Below, piece after piece: positions 10,029 to 20,998 of a DNA stretch of 64,000 bases; position 1 is the first letter of the stretch, and each line of letters opens with the position of its first letter. The notes under the pieces were generated by a model, which searched no databases, was not told the DNA's origin, and saw nothing but the letters and a program-made list of their open reading frames with translations. Source of the stretch: Polyangiales bacterium (GTDB lineage Bacteria > Myxococcota_A > Polyangia > Polyangiales > JADJQN01); assembly GCA_964202905.1 (NCBI GenBank), contig CAXNJO010000004.1, forward strand, positions 384,001 to 448,000, read 5' to 3'. A program made the translations under genes and the position numbers.

Positions 10029-11094
10029 GGTAGACGACGGCGGCTTGGCCAGGCGTGAGCGCCCGCTGCGGCACGTGGAAGGTCGCCTCGAACCCGCCCG
10101 GCGTCGGCGTGACGAGCGCCGCGGCAGGCGTGTGACGGTGACGCACGCGCACCAGCGCCTCGAAGGGTGTTGAGGGAGCCGCTGCGCTCCACGCGACGTC
10201 GCGTGCCCGCAGCGACGAGGACGCGAGCGCGTCGTCCGCGCCGACGATCACATCGCCGGTATCTGAAACGATACGAAGCACGTAACGAGGCGGCGCGCCG
10301 CCCGCGAGTCCGAGCCCACGGCGCTGCCCGACCGTGAAGCGATGGACCCCGCCGTGCTGCCCCAGCGCGACGCCTGACTCATCGATGATACGACCCGATT
10401 GGGGCGACGCGCCCTGCCCCTCCACGAAGCCACCGACGTCGCCGTCGGGCACGAAGCAGAGCTCTTGCGAATCCGGCTTGTCCGCGTTGGGGACGCCCAG
10501 CCTGCGCCCTTCGGCGCGGGTCTCGTCCTTCGTGAGATCGCCGAGCGGGAAGAGAAGCCGGCCGAGCACGGACGCGGGCGCGCCGAACAGGAAGTAACTC
10601 TGGTCCTTGTCCGCGTCGTGGCCGCGCAACAGACGCGGCTGGTCGTCGGCATCGTATTCGATACGCGCGTAGTGGCCGGTCGCGACGTGCGTGGCGCCAA
10701 AGGCGTCGGCGAGCGCCACGAGGCGGGTCAGCTTCACGTGTTGGTTGCAGGCGACGCACGGCGCCGGGGTCGTCCCGGAGGCGTAGGCCGCGACGAACGG
10801 GTCGACGACGCGCTCGCGGAAGAGCGCGCGCTCGTCGACCACGTAGTGGGGGATGCCGAGGTGGTCGCAGACGCGGCGCGCGTCCTCGCGGTCCTCGGGC
10901 GCGCAGCATCGACCGACCTTCGCCGCGCCGGAGGCGTCCCAGAGGTGCAGCGTCGCCCCCACGACCTCGAGGCCGCGCGCGTGCAGCAACGCGGCCGCCA
11001 CGGACGAGTCGGCCCCCCCGCTCATCGCGACGACGACGCGGCCGATACGGGGGCCGGAGGCGGGGCGCTGGGGCGGCGCGGAGGGATCGTTCAC
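9991..11094 (-). CDS. mnmA: tRNA-specific 2-thiouridylase MnmA
   Basis: AMSGGADSS, PCVACN, ATGHY, KDQSYFL, DSQELCF, TVGQRRGLG, TPGQAAV; GTG start overlaps the desulfurase stop. Confidence 0.96.
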   Translation of the reverse strand: MNDPSAPPQRPASGPRIGRVVVAMSGGADSSVAAALLHARGLEVVGATLHLWDASGAAKVGRCCAPEDREDARRVCDHLGIPHYVVDERALFRERVVDPFVAAYASGTTPAPCVACNQHVKLTRLVALADAFGATHVATGHYARIEYDADDQPRLLRGHDADKDQSYFLFGAPASVLGRLLFPLGDLTKDETRAEGRRLGVPNADKPDSQELCFVPDGDVGGFVEGQGASPQSGRIIDESGVALGQHGGVHRFTVGQRRGLGLAGGAPPRYVLRIVSDTGDVIVGADDALASSSLRARDVAWSAAAPSTPFEALVRVRHRHTPAAALVTPTPGGFEATFHVPQRALTPGQAAVVYRGEEVVAGGYIV

Positions 11095-12254
11095 GACGCG
11101 GATATAGCGCCTCGGCCGAGGCGTGCGAGCACCCTGTCGAGCGCGGAGAGCGCCGCGTCGACGTCCGCGTCGCAGGACTCGGGGCCGAGCGAGAGGCGGA
11201 GCGCCCCCTCGGCGCGCCAGGGGGCGTCGGGGTGGAGCGCGCGCACGCCGGGGGATGGCGCGGGGAGCCCCGACGCGCACGCGGCGCCGCTCGACACGCA
11301 CACGCCTTCGAGGTCGAGCGCCGCGACGAGCACATCGCCGCGGAGCCCCTCGAACGCGACGTTCGTGACGGTCGCGACGCGCTCGACGCCGGGGGCAAAG
11401 CCGTTGACGACCGCCCCCCGCACGAGGAGCCCGGCCTCGAGGCGGGCGCGGAGCGTGGCGATCCGGGGCATCGCGTCGAGGCGCGCCGCGACGCCGCGCG
11501 CCGCCGCACCGAAGCCCACCGCGGCCCGCACCTCGGGCGTCCCGGGACGTCGACCGCGCTCCTGACCGCCACCCGCGAGCACCGGCCAGATCGTGCGGTC
11601 CCGGGCGATCCAGACGGCGCCCGCGCCGTGCGGACCGCCGAGCTTCGACGCCGCGAACGCGACGGCAGAGGCCCCGAGCGTGCCGACCGCGACGGGCACT
11701 TTGCCGACGGCTTGCGAGGCATCGACGACGAGCGGGACGCCGCGCGCGCGACACACGGCCGCGTACGACGCGACCGGAAAGACCAGCCCGGTCTCGTGGT
11801 TCACCCATTGGAGCGCGACCAGCCGCGTGTCTGGACGGATCGCGGCGTCGAGGGATGCGGGGTCGGGCGGGGCTCTGCCCGGAACCGGGAGGGTCGTCAC
11901 CGCTGCGCCGCGGGCCACGAGCCGCGCGACGGACTCGGTGACGGCGGGGTGCTCGATCGCCGTCGTCACGACGTGCGCAGGCACGTCGCCGGGTGCGAAA
12001 GCGCCGAGCACCGCGGTCGCGACGGCCTCGGTGCCACCGCTCGTGAAGACGAGGTCGGCCGCGTCGGCGCCGACGGCCGCGGCCACTGCACGCCGCGCGT
12101 CCTCGAGGAGCGCACGCGCACGTCGCCCGGCCGCGTGCACGCTGGCCGGGTTGGCCCAGGCGTCTGCCTCGCTCTCGCGCATCGCGCGCAGCGCCGCGGC
12201 GGCGAGCGGCGTCGCGGCGTGGTGGTCGAGGTAGATCGGCGGCGCCAAGCCCAC
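11091..12254 (-). CDS. iscS: Cysteine desulfurase (IscS/NifS family)
   Basis: YLDHHAATP, FTSGGTEA, NHETG, DASQAVGK, SKLGGP (PLP Lys), SSGAAC (catalytic Cys); adjacent to mnmA. Confidence 0.92.
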   Translation of the reverse strand: MGLAPPIYLDHHAATPLAAAALRAMRESEADAWANPASVHAAGRRARALLEDARRAVAAAVGADAADLVFTSGGTEAVATAVLGAFAPGDVPAHVVTTAIEHPAVTESVARLVARGAAVTTLPVPGRAPPDPASLDAAIRPDTRLVALQWVNHETGLVFPVASYAAVCRARGVPLVVDASQAVGKVPVAVGTLGASAVAFAASKLGGPHGAGAVWIARDRTIWPVLAGGGQERGRRPGTPEVRAAVGFGAAARGVAARLDAMPRIATLRARLEAGLLVRGAVVNGFAPGVERVATVTNVAFEGLRGDVLVAALDLEGVCVSSGAACASGLPAPSPGVRALHPDAPWRAEGALRLSLGPESCDADVDAALSALDRVLARLGRGAISAS

Positions 12255-12323
12255 GCGGGGCAGCCTATCAGGGCCCCCGCCCTTGACGCGACGTTCGTCG
12301 CGGCGTTACGTCCTCCAAACCGG

Positions 12324-13802
12324 ATGGCGCAAGACCTCGGACCGCGATTGATCCGGGCGGGCCTCCTGACGCGGGGGGAGCTGGCCCAAGCCTTGGCCGG
12401 CGGGCCCGTGAGGGGCGGCGCCCTCATCGCGGCGCTCGTCGATGGCGGGCTGCCGGAGGAGTCCCTCGTCGGCTTCTTCGTCGCCGAAGGCGCAGCCCCC
12501 CAGGCCTCTGCGGAGGCCCTCGGCGCGCCCGACCCGGCGCTCGTACGGCTCGTGCCCCGCGCGCTCGCCGAGGCACTTTGTGCGCTCCCGCTGCGCCACG
12601 CCGCGGACGGCGTCGTCGCAGCCTTCGCCGACCCGACGGACGGCCACGCGCGGGCCGAACTCGCGCGGGCCCTCGGCGTGAGCGTGAGCCCAGAGACCGC
12701 GCGGCTCTCGACGCTGCGCGACGCGATCCGCGAGGCATTCGCGCGGCTCGACGAGGACGCCGCGTCCATCGACGTGGTGGTGGATCTCGAGGGATTCTTC
12801 GACGATGAACCGCCGGTCGCGCTCGTCCGTCGGCGCACGTCCTTCCCCGCGCCCGCAGCATCGTTCCCGCCGACGCCGAGCATCGACGACGACCTCCACG
12901 TGCCGCTCGTACGCACGAAGTCCATCGCCGTCCCCCCCGCCGTCGCCATGCCATTCGTCGGCGGCGCACCCTCCGGCAGCGCGCCGTGCAAGGACGCCCC
13001 CCGCCCGCGCATCCAGACGCGCGGCCTGGAGCGCCCCGGGAGCGAGGTGCCCCGGACCGCGGTGACCGTGGGCGATGCGCGCGCGCCCATCGCCACCGTC
13101 CCTCTCATCCCCCTCGGACCCGTCACCTCCGGGACCGCTGCCGTCCCGGCCGCGTCCTCCGCCGGCCGCGCCGACGATCTCTGGAGCACGCTGCCGCCCG
13201 CGACAACACGCGCGAGTCGGCCCCCGGCGACGTCGGACGGCACCGCGTCACAGTCCGAGACCGCCACGCTCCCCGGGCACCCCGCGCCGGTCGCGCCCGA
13301 CGCGCTGGCCGACGACCTGGGCGACGCGCTCCCCGACGTCGCACCGCTGCTCGCCGCGCTGCGCAGCGCCCCGACGCGCGACGAGGCAGTCCGACTGGCC
13401 TGCGAGGCCGCCCTTCCCGCCTGTCGTTGCGTCGTCTTCCTCGCGCTGAAGCGGGACGTGCTGCAAGGGCGCGACGTGCGCGGCGGCGGCGTCTCGCGCG
13501 AGGCGGTGTTCAACCTCTGGATCCCGGTGAAGAGCGCCTCCGTGTTCCGCGAGGCGATCGCGAGGGGGGTGCCCCACCTCGGCCCGTACGGCAGCTCGTC
13601 CGCGGACGCCATCTACAAGGTCGCCGTCGGCAGCGACGGCGGCGATGCGCTCGTGCAACCCGTGCTCGTCGCAGGTAAGGCCATCGCGGTGCTCTGCGGG
13701 GACGGAATGCGCCACGGGGCGCGCGGCGTTCGGCGCGTCGAGGCCCTCGCGGGCGCGCTCGGCGATGCCTTCGAGCGGCTCATCCTCCACAAGAAAGCCT
13801 GA
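12324..13802 (+). CDS. MshEN/GspE-N-terminal-like domain protein with Pro-rich linker and GAF-like C-terminal domain
   Basis: [35 protein letters not shown]...AFADP; C-terminal [18 protein letters not shown]. Confidence 0.65.
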   Translation: MAQDLGPRLIRAGLLTRGELAQALAGGPVRGGALIAALVDGGLPEESLVGFFVAEGAAPQASAEALGAPDPALVRLVPRALAEALCALPLRHAADGVVAAFADPTDGHARAELARALGVSVSPETARLSTLRDAIREAFARLDEDAASIDVVVDLEGFFDDEPPVALVRRRTSFPAPAASFPPTPSIDDDLHVPLVRTKSIAVPPAVAMPFVGGAPSGSAPCKDAPRPRIQTRGLERPGSEVPRTAVTVGDARAPIATVPLIPLGPVTSGTAAVPAASSAGRADDLWSTLPPATTRASRPPATSDGTASQSETATLPGHPAPVAPDALADDLGDALPDVAPLLAALRSAPTRDEAVRLACEAALPACRCVVFLALKRDVLQGRDVRGGGVSREAVFNLWIPVKSASVFREAIARGVPHLGPYGSSSADAIYKVAVGSDGGDALVQPVLVAGKAIAVLCGDGMRHGARGVRRVEALAGALGDAFERLILHKKA

Positions 13803-13804
13803 CC

Positions 13805-15517
13805 ATGACGGACGAACACGAACGCGCTCCCACCGCTCCCGCGCACGCGTCCCCGACGCGCGATGACCTCGAGCGCGCGCACGCGCGCTGGCACGGTGAC
13901 GTCCTCGGGCGCTTCGAGCAGAAGTCACCGCCGCGGGAGCGCGCCGCACTGCTCGCGCAAGGCGGCGACGCCGCGCCGCTCTACACGCCGCTCGACACGG
14001 CGGAGGCCGCCTACCTCGAGCGAATCGGCTTCCCCGGTGAACCGCCATTCACCCGCGGCATCCAGCCGAACATGTACCGCGGGCGGCACTGGACGATGCG
14101 GCAGTACGCCGGCTTCGGCACCGCGGCCGAGTCGAACGAGCGCTACCACTACCTCCTGAAGAACGGTCAAACGGGCCTCAGCGTCGCCTTCGATCTGCCC
14201 ACGCAGATGGGGCGCGACAGCGATCACACCCTCGCGCGCGGCGAGGTGGGCAAGGTCGGCGTCGCGATCGACTCGCTCGACGACATGGAGACGTTGCTGC
14301 GCGGCATCCCGCTCGACCGCGTGTCGACGTCGATGACGATCAACTCGACGGCCTCGATCCTCCTCGCGCTCTACGTCGTCGTCGCAGAGAAACAGGGCAT
14401 TCCCAGCACGGCGCTCCGCGGCACCATTCAGAACGACATCCTCAAGGAGTACGTCGCGCGCGGCACGTACATCTACCCGCCGCGGCCCTCGCTGCGGATC
14501 ATCAACGACATCTTCGCGTGGTCGGCCACGCACGCGCCGAAGTGGAACACGATCTCGATCAGCGGCTACCACATGCGGGAGGCCGGCTGCGACGCGATCC
14601 AAGAGGTCGCGTTCACGCTCGCGGACGGCATCGCGTACGTCGAGACGGCCATCGCCGCGGGCCTCGACGTCGACACCTTCGGCAAGCAGCTGTCGTTCTT
14701 CTTCAACGGTCACAACAACGTGATCGAGGAAGTCGCGAAGTTCCGCGCGGCGCGGCGGCTCTGGGGCTCGATCATGCGCGAGCGTTTCGGCGCGCGCTCA
14801 CGCGAGGCCTGTGCGCTCAAGTTCCACGTGCAGACGGCCGGCTCGACGCTGCAGGCACAACAGCCGATGGTGAACGCGATCCGCACGACGCTGCAGGCCC
14901 TCGCGGCCGTGCTCGGCGGTGCGCAGTCGCTGCACACGAACAGCTTCGACGAGGCGCTCTCGCTGCCGACGGAAGAGAGCGCCACGCTCGCGCTGCGCAC
15001 GCAGCAGGTGATCGCGTACGAGAGCGGCGTCGCGGACATCGTCGACGCGCTCGGCGGCGCGTACGCGATCGAGGCCATGACGGATCGGATCGAGGCCGGC
15101 GCCCGCGAGTACCTCGCGAAGATCGACCGCCTCGGCGGCATGGTCCCCGCGATCGAGCAGGGCTATCCGCAGCGCGAGATTCAGGACTCCGCGTACCGCT
15201 ACCAGCTGCAGATCGAGCGCGGAGAGCGCGTGATCGTCGGCGTGAACCGCTTCCAGGGGAAGTCGGCGAGCGTGCCCATCCTGCGCGTCGATCCGCAACT
15301 CGAGCGCGAGCAGGTCGCGCGCCTGCAAGCCGTCCGCGCCCGGCGCGACGAGGCCGCGGCCCGCGCCGCGTGCGCCCGCGTCGAGCAGGTCGCACGCGAC
15401 GGCGGCAACCTCATGCCACCGGTCCTCGACGCCGTCCGCGCGCTCGCGACCGTCGGCGAGATCTCGGACGCGATGCGCGGGGTGTTCGGCGAGCACACGG
15501 AGACGCTCACGATCTGA
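13805..15517 (+). CDS. Methylmalonyl-CoA mutase, substrate-binding (N-terminal) subunit of the split type
   Basis: [59 protein letters not shown]; no DxHxxG B12-binding domain. Confidence 0.95.
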   Translation: MTDEHERAPTAPAHASPTRDDLERAHARWHGDVLGRFEQKSPPRERAALLAQGGDAAPLYTPLDTAEAAYLERIGFPGEPPFTRGIQPNMYRGRHWTMRQYAGFGTAAESNERYHYLLKNGQTGLSVAFDLPTQMGRDSDHTLARGEVGKVGVAIDSLDDMETLLRGIPLDRVSTSMTINSTASILLALYVVVAEKQGIPSTALRGTIQNDILKEYVARGTYIYPPRPSLRIINDIFAWSATHAPKWNTISISGYHMREAGCDAIQEVAFTLADGIAYVETAIAAGLDVDTFGKQLSFFFNGHNNVIEEVAKFRAARRLWGSIMRERFGARSREACALKFHVQTAGSTLQAQQPMVNAIRTTLQALAAVLGGAQSLHTNSFDEALSLPTEESATLALRTQQVIAYESGVADIVDALGGAYAIEAMTDRIEAGAREYLAKIDRLGGMVPAIEQGYPQREIQDSAYRYQLQIERGERVIVGVNRFQGKSASVPILRVDPQLEREQVARLQAVRARRDEAAARAACARVEQVARDGGNLMPPVLDAVRALATVGEISDAMRGVFGEHTETLTI

Positions 15518-15653
15518 CCGCGGCGCGCCCGCACGACCGCCGTCCTGCGAGCCCGGCATGCGCGAGCGTGGACTCGCTTTGACGCGCAGCCCGCGGACGT
15601 GCACCCTCGCGCGCCCCGATCGGCACCGTGCTCGCCACGTGAAAGGACCCACC

Positions 15654-16133
15654 ATGAAGATCGCTCAAGACGCCGTCGTCGCCTTCGATTACACGCTCAA
15701 GGACGAGGAAGGGACGGTCCTCGACGAGAGCGGGGGCGAGCCGCTCGTCTACCTGCACGGACACGGCATGATCGTCCCGGGACTCGAGGGCGCGCTCACC
15801 GGTCGCGGCGTCGGCGAGAACGTGAAGGCGGTCGTCGCCCCGGCCGATGGCTACGGGGAGCGCACCGAGGATGGCGCGATGCGCGTCGAGCGCGCGAGGC
15901 TTCCGCGCGACTTCGACGCCGAGCCGGGGATGCCGATCGAGGCCGCCGCGCCGGACGGCACGTCGATCACGTTGTGGGTCGTCGATGCGGACGCGGAGGC
16001 GATCTTCGTAAGCCCCGACCACCCGCTCGCGGGCGTCACGCTGCACTTCGACGTCACGATCCGCGACGTGCGCGCGGCGACGGCCGACGAGCTCGCGCAC
16101 GGCCACGTGCACGGCCCCGGCGGCGCGCACTGA
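15654..16133 (+). CDS. slyD: FKBP-type peptidyl-prolyl isomerase SlyD
   Basis: YLHGHGMIVPGLEGAL, HPLAGVTLHFDV, His-rich tail HGHVHGPGGAH; AAAGGA RBS. Confidence 0.93.
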   Translation: MKIAQDAVVAFDYTLKDEEGTVLDESGGEPLVYLHGHGMIVPGLEGALTGRGVGENVKAVVAPADGYGERTEDGAMRVERARLPRDFDAEPGMPIEAAAPDGTSITLWVVDADAEAIFVSPDHPLAGVTLHFDVTIRDVRAATADELAHGHVHGPGGAH

Positions 16134-16228
16134 CGCAACCCGCCAACACGTTGCGCTCCCCTCGCTGACGCACACGCGCCGCCCCGCACCCGCTGAACGG
16201 GCGGCGCGGCGGCGCATGTCAGGGGAGT

Positions 16229-18372
16229 TCAGGCGTCCGCGTCGTCCTCGGCGTCTTCGTCGTCGGCGATGTCCGAGTCGTCTTCGGCGTCCTCATCGCT
16301 GGACGCGTCGCCCACCGCGTCGTCCTCGGCGTCCTCGTCCTCGGCCGTCCTCGTCGTCGTCCGCGTCGTCGCTCGACTCGTGGTCGTGCTCGTGCACGGC
16401 CTCGCCGTCATCGTCCCCGGAAGAAGGCGGCAGGAGCGGCTCGTCGTCGTCCTCGTCGCTGGTCTCCGGGGGCGCACCCACGCGCGGCACGGACGGGCTC
16501 GACGCAGCGCCAGCCTCCTCGGTGGTCTCTGGCAGCCGACGCGTCTCGTCCTCGCCTGCGGCGGAGCCCGCCTCGGCCGTTGCCGGCTCTCCCTGCGCGA
16601 GCTCACGGGCCTCGCGCTCCTCGCGGCGCCCGTGCCGTTCACGGCGCCCGCCTTCGCGCGGCTCGCGGCCCCCTTCGCGGGGGCCTGTCTCCCGCGCGCC
16701 GCCCGCGTCACGGGCGTCTCGGCGGTCGTCACGCGGACGCTCGTCGGGACGCGACGGCGGCGCGCTGCCCTGCAGGTTGTCGAGCAGGTCGAGGTCGAGG
16801 GTCGTCAGCGGGACGACGTGGCGTCGCAGGCCGACGCCGACGCGCTCCATCGCCCGTGCGAGACCGACGCCGTCGAAGCAGGCCACGGGCGCCGTCCCCG
16901 GGACTGCAGCCTCCTCGCGGGCGCCCGACAGGACCTGCCCCGTCGTGATGAGCCAGCCCGCGCTCGCGCTGCCGTAGTGGTGCAGGGAGCCACGCACTTC
17001 GATGACGCGCTCGCGGCCGATCTCGCGGCCGTCACGGCGCGCCACGATGGCGAGACGCGTCTCGTCGTGCCCGCGCTTGAGCGTGCCGGCGAGGTGCAAC
17101 TCGCCGGGCTGCGCGCCTGGCCGCCGCACCGCACGCAACGCGACGACGCCTTCGACGTTGAGCCACGTCGCGAGCAGCTCGGCGAAGCCCGCCCCCGGCA
17201 GCTCGCGCACGCGCCGCAGGAATGCCTGACGCACCTGCTCGCGCTGACGATCCGCGGAGCGGACTGCATCCTGTTCGTAGCGAACGGCCTCGCCCGGGAG
17301 CGACCAGTCCGTGAGCGCGACGCGCCCGAGCACCACGCGGAAACGGGGCCGCACGGTCTCGGCCTCACGCCGCGCGATGTCCGCCCGGACTGCGGCGGCG
17401 ATCGTCGGCACGAGCATGACGGGGTCGCCCGCGAGCCGGCCGCGACGTACGAGCTGCTCGGCCACACGCGCGAGCGGCTGCGGCTGGCGCTCGAGCGCCG
17501 CCATGACGGTGAACACGGCGTCGGCGAGGTCCTTGCCGACGAGCTCGCCGTCGACGTGCTCGCGGTTCGGATCGCCGCGCAACGGCTCCTCGCGGAGGCG
17601 CTCCTCACGGCCACGGTCCTCGCGGAGCCGGTCCTCGCGGCCCCGATCCTCGCGCAGCGCGCGCTCCTCACGCGGCGCGCGCTCCTCACGCGCGACGCTC
17701 CTCACGCGGACGCTCCTCGCGGGGCCCACGCTCGGGGCGCTCGAGCCGGGCGGGACGCTCGACGCTCGACTCCGACCGCGGCGCCTCCGGGCCGGTCTCG
17801 GCCCCCTCGGGCCCGCCGCGACGACGACGACGACGACGACGACGGCCGCCGTCACCCGCGGCGCCCTTGTCACCCGCCTGCGCCTGCTTCTCGTCCTTGT
17901 CGAGGCCCCCGAGGATCGGCTCGTCGTCGTCCTCTTCCTCCGGGAACACATCGGAGCCGGGGAGCGGCTTCGACGCCTTCTTGGCGGGCTTCTCGACGAC
18001 GGCTGCCTCGGCGGCCTCCGTCGGCTCGGGGGACTCGGCGGCCTCCTCGCCCGACTCGGCGACCTCGACGGCCTCGTGCGAGGCCTCCTCGGCGGCGGCG
18101 TTGGGGTCGTCCGGAAGTTCGGCCGCAGCGGCCTCGATCACCTCGCGACCGAAGTCGCGCAGCCCGAAGACGCCGGGCTTGACCTTGATGATGAGCGAGT
18201 CGGCGGCTTCCTTCTTCACGAGGGTCGCGAGACGCGACGACATCGTGACTTCGGGCGTCTTGCCCACGTGCGAGAGGAGATTCTTCTGAATCGCCAGCTC
18301 GGTGATCTTCTTGTAGTGCAGAGGCTTACCGGTGAGACGGAGTACCTCGATCGCGGCTTCCGTGAACGTCAT
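16229..18372 (-). CDS. HARE-HTH domain protein with a second HTH, an Mrr-like restriction-endonuclease fold and Arg/Glu-rich tails; frameshifts near 17700 and 16330
   Basis: MTFTEAAIEVLR...PLHYKKITELAI...GKTPEVTMSSRL; next frame has ELPGAGFAELLATWL...IGRERVIEVRGSLHHYGSASAGWLITTG; acidic tail in a third frame. Confidence 0.75.
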
Positions 18373-18652
18373 TGGAGCGAGTCTCGGGGATGGAGATGGA
18401 ACCGAAGCCGGGACGGCCGTCGCAAGACGGCACCGGGAGCGGCGGCGCGCCGTGACCCTTCACACGGGACGCGCAAGCGATGCCCCCGACGGGAGCGCTC
18501 TGCCCGGGACGCGGTGCGACGCGCGCAGGGGCGCACGTCACGAGAGTCTCCAGGTTGCGAGCGACATCCACACCGGCGGCCGGACCCTATCACCCCCCCC
18601 CAGCGACCGCCAGCACCGCAAGGCGCGCGGTCACGCGCTATCCTCCCCGCGC

Positions 18653-19645
18653 ATGTGCGAGCTGCTCGGAATGGACTGCAACGTCGCGACCGACATCGTC
18701 TTTTCGTTTCGCGGGTTCGCGCGGCGCGGCGGTGGCACCGGCCCCCACACTCACGGCTGGGGCCTCTGCCTCTACGAGGGCAGCGCGGTGCGCAGCTTCC
18801 GGGAGGCCGACCCCGCGGCGGACAGCAAGCTCGTCGCTTTCCTCCACGCGAACGCGATCCCCACGAAGATCGCCGTCGCGCACATCCGGCAGAAGACGCA
18901 CGGCGCCGTCTCGCTCGCCAACGTCCACCCCTTCACGCGCGAGCTCTGGGGGCGCACGTTCGCGTTCGCCCACAACGGCAAGGTCCCCGGCGTGCGTGCG
19001 CTTCCACTCAGCGGGCGCTTCACGCCGCTCGGCACGACCGACAGCGAGCACGCGTTCTGCTGGCTCCTCGAGCAGGTCGCCGCGCGCTTCGACCGTTATC
19101 CGACCGAGCCGCGCGCGCTCTGGCAGCTCGTCGCCGACCTCGGCAGCACGCTCGCGACGCACGGCACGTTCAACTTCCTGCTGAGCGACGCGACCTATCT
19201 CTACGCGCGCTGCGACACCTCGCTCTGCCACATCGTCCGCCAACACCCCTTCTCGCGCGCCACGCTCGCGGACGACGACGTGTGCGTCGATTTCGCGGCC
19301 GTCACCTCGCCGCGCGATCGGGTCGCGGTCATCGCGACGCGTCCGCTGACGCGCGACGAGACCTGGACGATCGGGACGCCCGGGACCCTCTGGGTCTTCT
19401 CCGCCGGACGTCGGCGTGCCACGTTGCGCAGCCCGCAGCCGGCCCGCGCCGGCGCGCAGCCCACGGGAGTCTCGCCATGGCCACCATCGACATCCAACGG
19501 ACCCACAGCCTCGGCAAGGACAAGGCGCGCGCAGCCGCCGAGCTCGTCGCCGAACGGCTCAAGGAAAAGATCGACGCGACCTACCGCTGGGACGGCGACG
19601 ACCTCCGCTTCGAGCGCTCGGGCGCGAAGGGGCGGATCCACGTGA
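18653..19645 (+). CDS. Class II glutamine amidotransferase (YafJ-like); true end probably near 19450-19480
   Basis: MCELLGM (N-terminal nucleophile Cys), HGWG, AHIR, NVHPF, FAHNG, GTTDSEHAF, IATRPLT; as read, the frame overlaps the next gene. Confidence 0.88.
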   Translation: MCELLGMDCNVATDIVFSFRGFARRGGGTGPHTHGWGLCLYEGSAVRSFREADPAADSKLVAFLHANAIPTKIAVAHIRQKTHGAVSLANVHPFTRELWGRTFAFAHNGKVPGVRALPLSGRFTPLGTTDSEHAFCWLLEQVAARFDRYPTEPRALWQLVADLGSTLATHGTFNFLLSDATYLYARCDTSLCHIVRQHPFSRATLADDDVCVDFAAVTSPRDRVAVIATRPLTRDETWTIGTPGTLWVFSAGRRRATLRSPQPARAGAQPTGVSPWPPSTSNGPTASARTRRAQPPSSSPNGSRKRSTRPTAGTATTSASSARARRGGST

Positions 19646-19755
19646 CCGACTCGACGGTCCGCCTCGAGATCGACCTCAGCCTCGTGCTCCGCCCCCTCAA
19701 GGGGAAGATCGAGGAGAAAGCGCACAAGTACCTCGACGAGTACCTCCGGGCGTGA
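19477..19755 (+). CDS. Polyhydroxyalkanoic acid system family small protein
   Basis: IDIQRTHSLGKDKAR...WDGDDLRFERSGAKGRI...LKGKIE pattern; GGGAG RBS. Confidence 0.75.
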   Translation: MATIDIQRTHSLGKDKARAAAELVAERLKEKIDATYRWDGDDLRFERSGAKGRIHVTDSTVRLEIDLSLVLRPLKGKIEEKAHKYLDEYLRA

Positions 19756-19903
19756 GGCCCCGCGTCGGCCCGCGGAGCGCCGGCGCATTTCTTGACCCGC
19801 CCGGGAGCGGCTGATATCCGGGGTGTCACTCGGGCATCGGCCGCGCGTCTGCGGTGACACGAGCCGCAGCGCGGATCCCCCTCGATCCCCTGCCAACATG
19901 GGC

Positions 19904-19919
19904 TGGCGCGGTTAACGCA
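19904..19919 (+). promoter_or_regulatory. Putative sigma-54 (-24/-12) promoter upstream of ddl
   Basis: TGGCGCGGTTAACGCA has GG-N10-GC spacing, about 50 bp upstream of the ddl ATG. Confidence 0.45.
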
Positions 19920-19969
19920 CACGCCCCCTCCACCGGCAGACGCCTCACCTGTACACGAAGGAGTCGACG

Positions 19970-20956
19970 ATGAAGAGCAAGCGCATCGGGGTGCTCATGG
20001 GCGGCCTCAGCTCGGAGCGCGAGGTCTCGATCAAGACCGGCGACGCCGTGCACGAGGCGCTCGTCGCGCGCGGCTACGACGCGGTGAAGATCTACGTCGA
20101 CCGCGACATCGATCGCGTCCTGAGGCAGACCCCGATCGACGTGGCGTTTCTCGCGCTGCACGGGACGTACGGCGAGGACGGCTGCATCCAGGGCCTGCTC
20201 GAGTTGCTCGGCATCCCGTACACCGGCTCCGACGTCCTCGCGAGCGCGCTCGCGATGGACAAGCTGAAGGCGAAGGAGCTCTTCCGCCTGCACAACGTGC
20301 CCACGCCGCCGTACTACGACGTGCACGCATCGCAGCTCGACGATCTCGAGGAGATCCACGGTTCGTTCGGCTTTCCCGCGTTCGTGAAGCCGCGTCGGCA
20401 GGGCTCGAGCGTCGGCGCCGGCAAGGCCGGCAACTTCGCCGAGCTGGCCGCGCTCGCGGAGCAAGCCGCGCGCTTCGACAAGAACGTGCTCGTCGAGCGC
20501 TTCGTCGCGGGACGCGAGATCACCGTGGCGGTGCTCGACGGCCGTGCGCTCGGCGCACTCGAGATCGTGCCGAAGTCCGGCGTCTACGACTACAAGTCGA
20601 AGTACACGAAGGGCGCGAGCGACTACCTCTTCCCCGCGCGCCTCTCGCCCACCCGCTGCAAGGGCGTGATGAACCTCGCCGAGCGCGCGAGCCGCTGCCT
20701 CGGCTGCTCGGGCGCGACGCGCGTCGACATGCTCGTGACCGAGGGCGAGAACGAGTACGTGCTCGAGGTGAACACGCTCCCCGGCATGACGCCGACCTCG
20801 CTGCTCCCGAAGATCGCCGCCGGCGCGGGCTACGACTTCGGCGCGCTCTGCGAAGCGATCCTGCGCTCGGCGGACACGGCTTCGACGCTCCCTGCGCGCT
20901 CGTTCGGCGCAACTGCCCAGCGCGCCGCGCAGGACGTGGGCCTCAGCGCCGAGTAG
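19970..20956 (+). CDS. ddl: D-alanine--D-alanine ligase
   Basis: GGLSSEREVS, LHGTYGEDGCIQG, MDKL, GSSVG, YDYKSKY, EVNTLPGMT; AAGGAG RBS. Confidence 0.97.
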   Translation: MKSKRIGVLMGGLSSEREVSIKTGDAVHEALVARGYDAVKIYVDRDIDRVLRQTPIDVAFLALHGTYGEDGCIQGLLELLGIPYTGSDVLASALAMDKLKAKELFRLHNVPTPPYYDVHASQLDDLEEIHGSFGFPAFVKPRRQGSSVGAGKAGNFAELAALAEQAARFDKNVLVERFVAGREITVAVLDGRALGALEIVPKSGVYDYKSKYTKGASDYLFPARLSPTRCKGVMNLAERASRCLGCSGATRVDMLVTEGENEYVLEVNTLPGMTPTSLLPKIAAGAGYDFGALCEAILRSADTASTLPARSFGATAQRAAQDVGLSAE

Positions 20957-20998
20957 CCGCGCTCGCCGAAGCGACGACTGCGTCGCTCCTTCGGCCCG

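Noticed and set aside
13805..15517. Isobutyryl-CoA or other variant mutase
   Set aside because: RQYAGF (Tyr) and EYVARG (Arg) match methylmalonyl-CoA specificity.
17580..17720. 15-bp repeats as a non-coding element
   Set aside because: They encode REER/REDRG low-complexity peptide inside the HARE-HTH gene.
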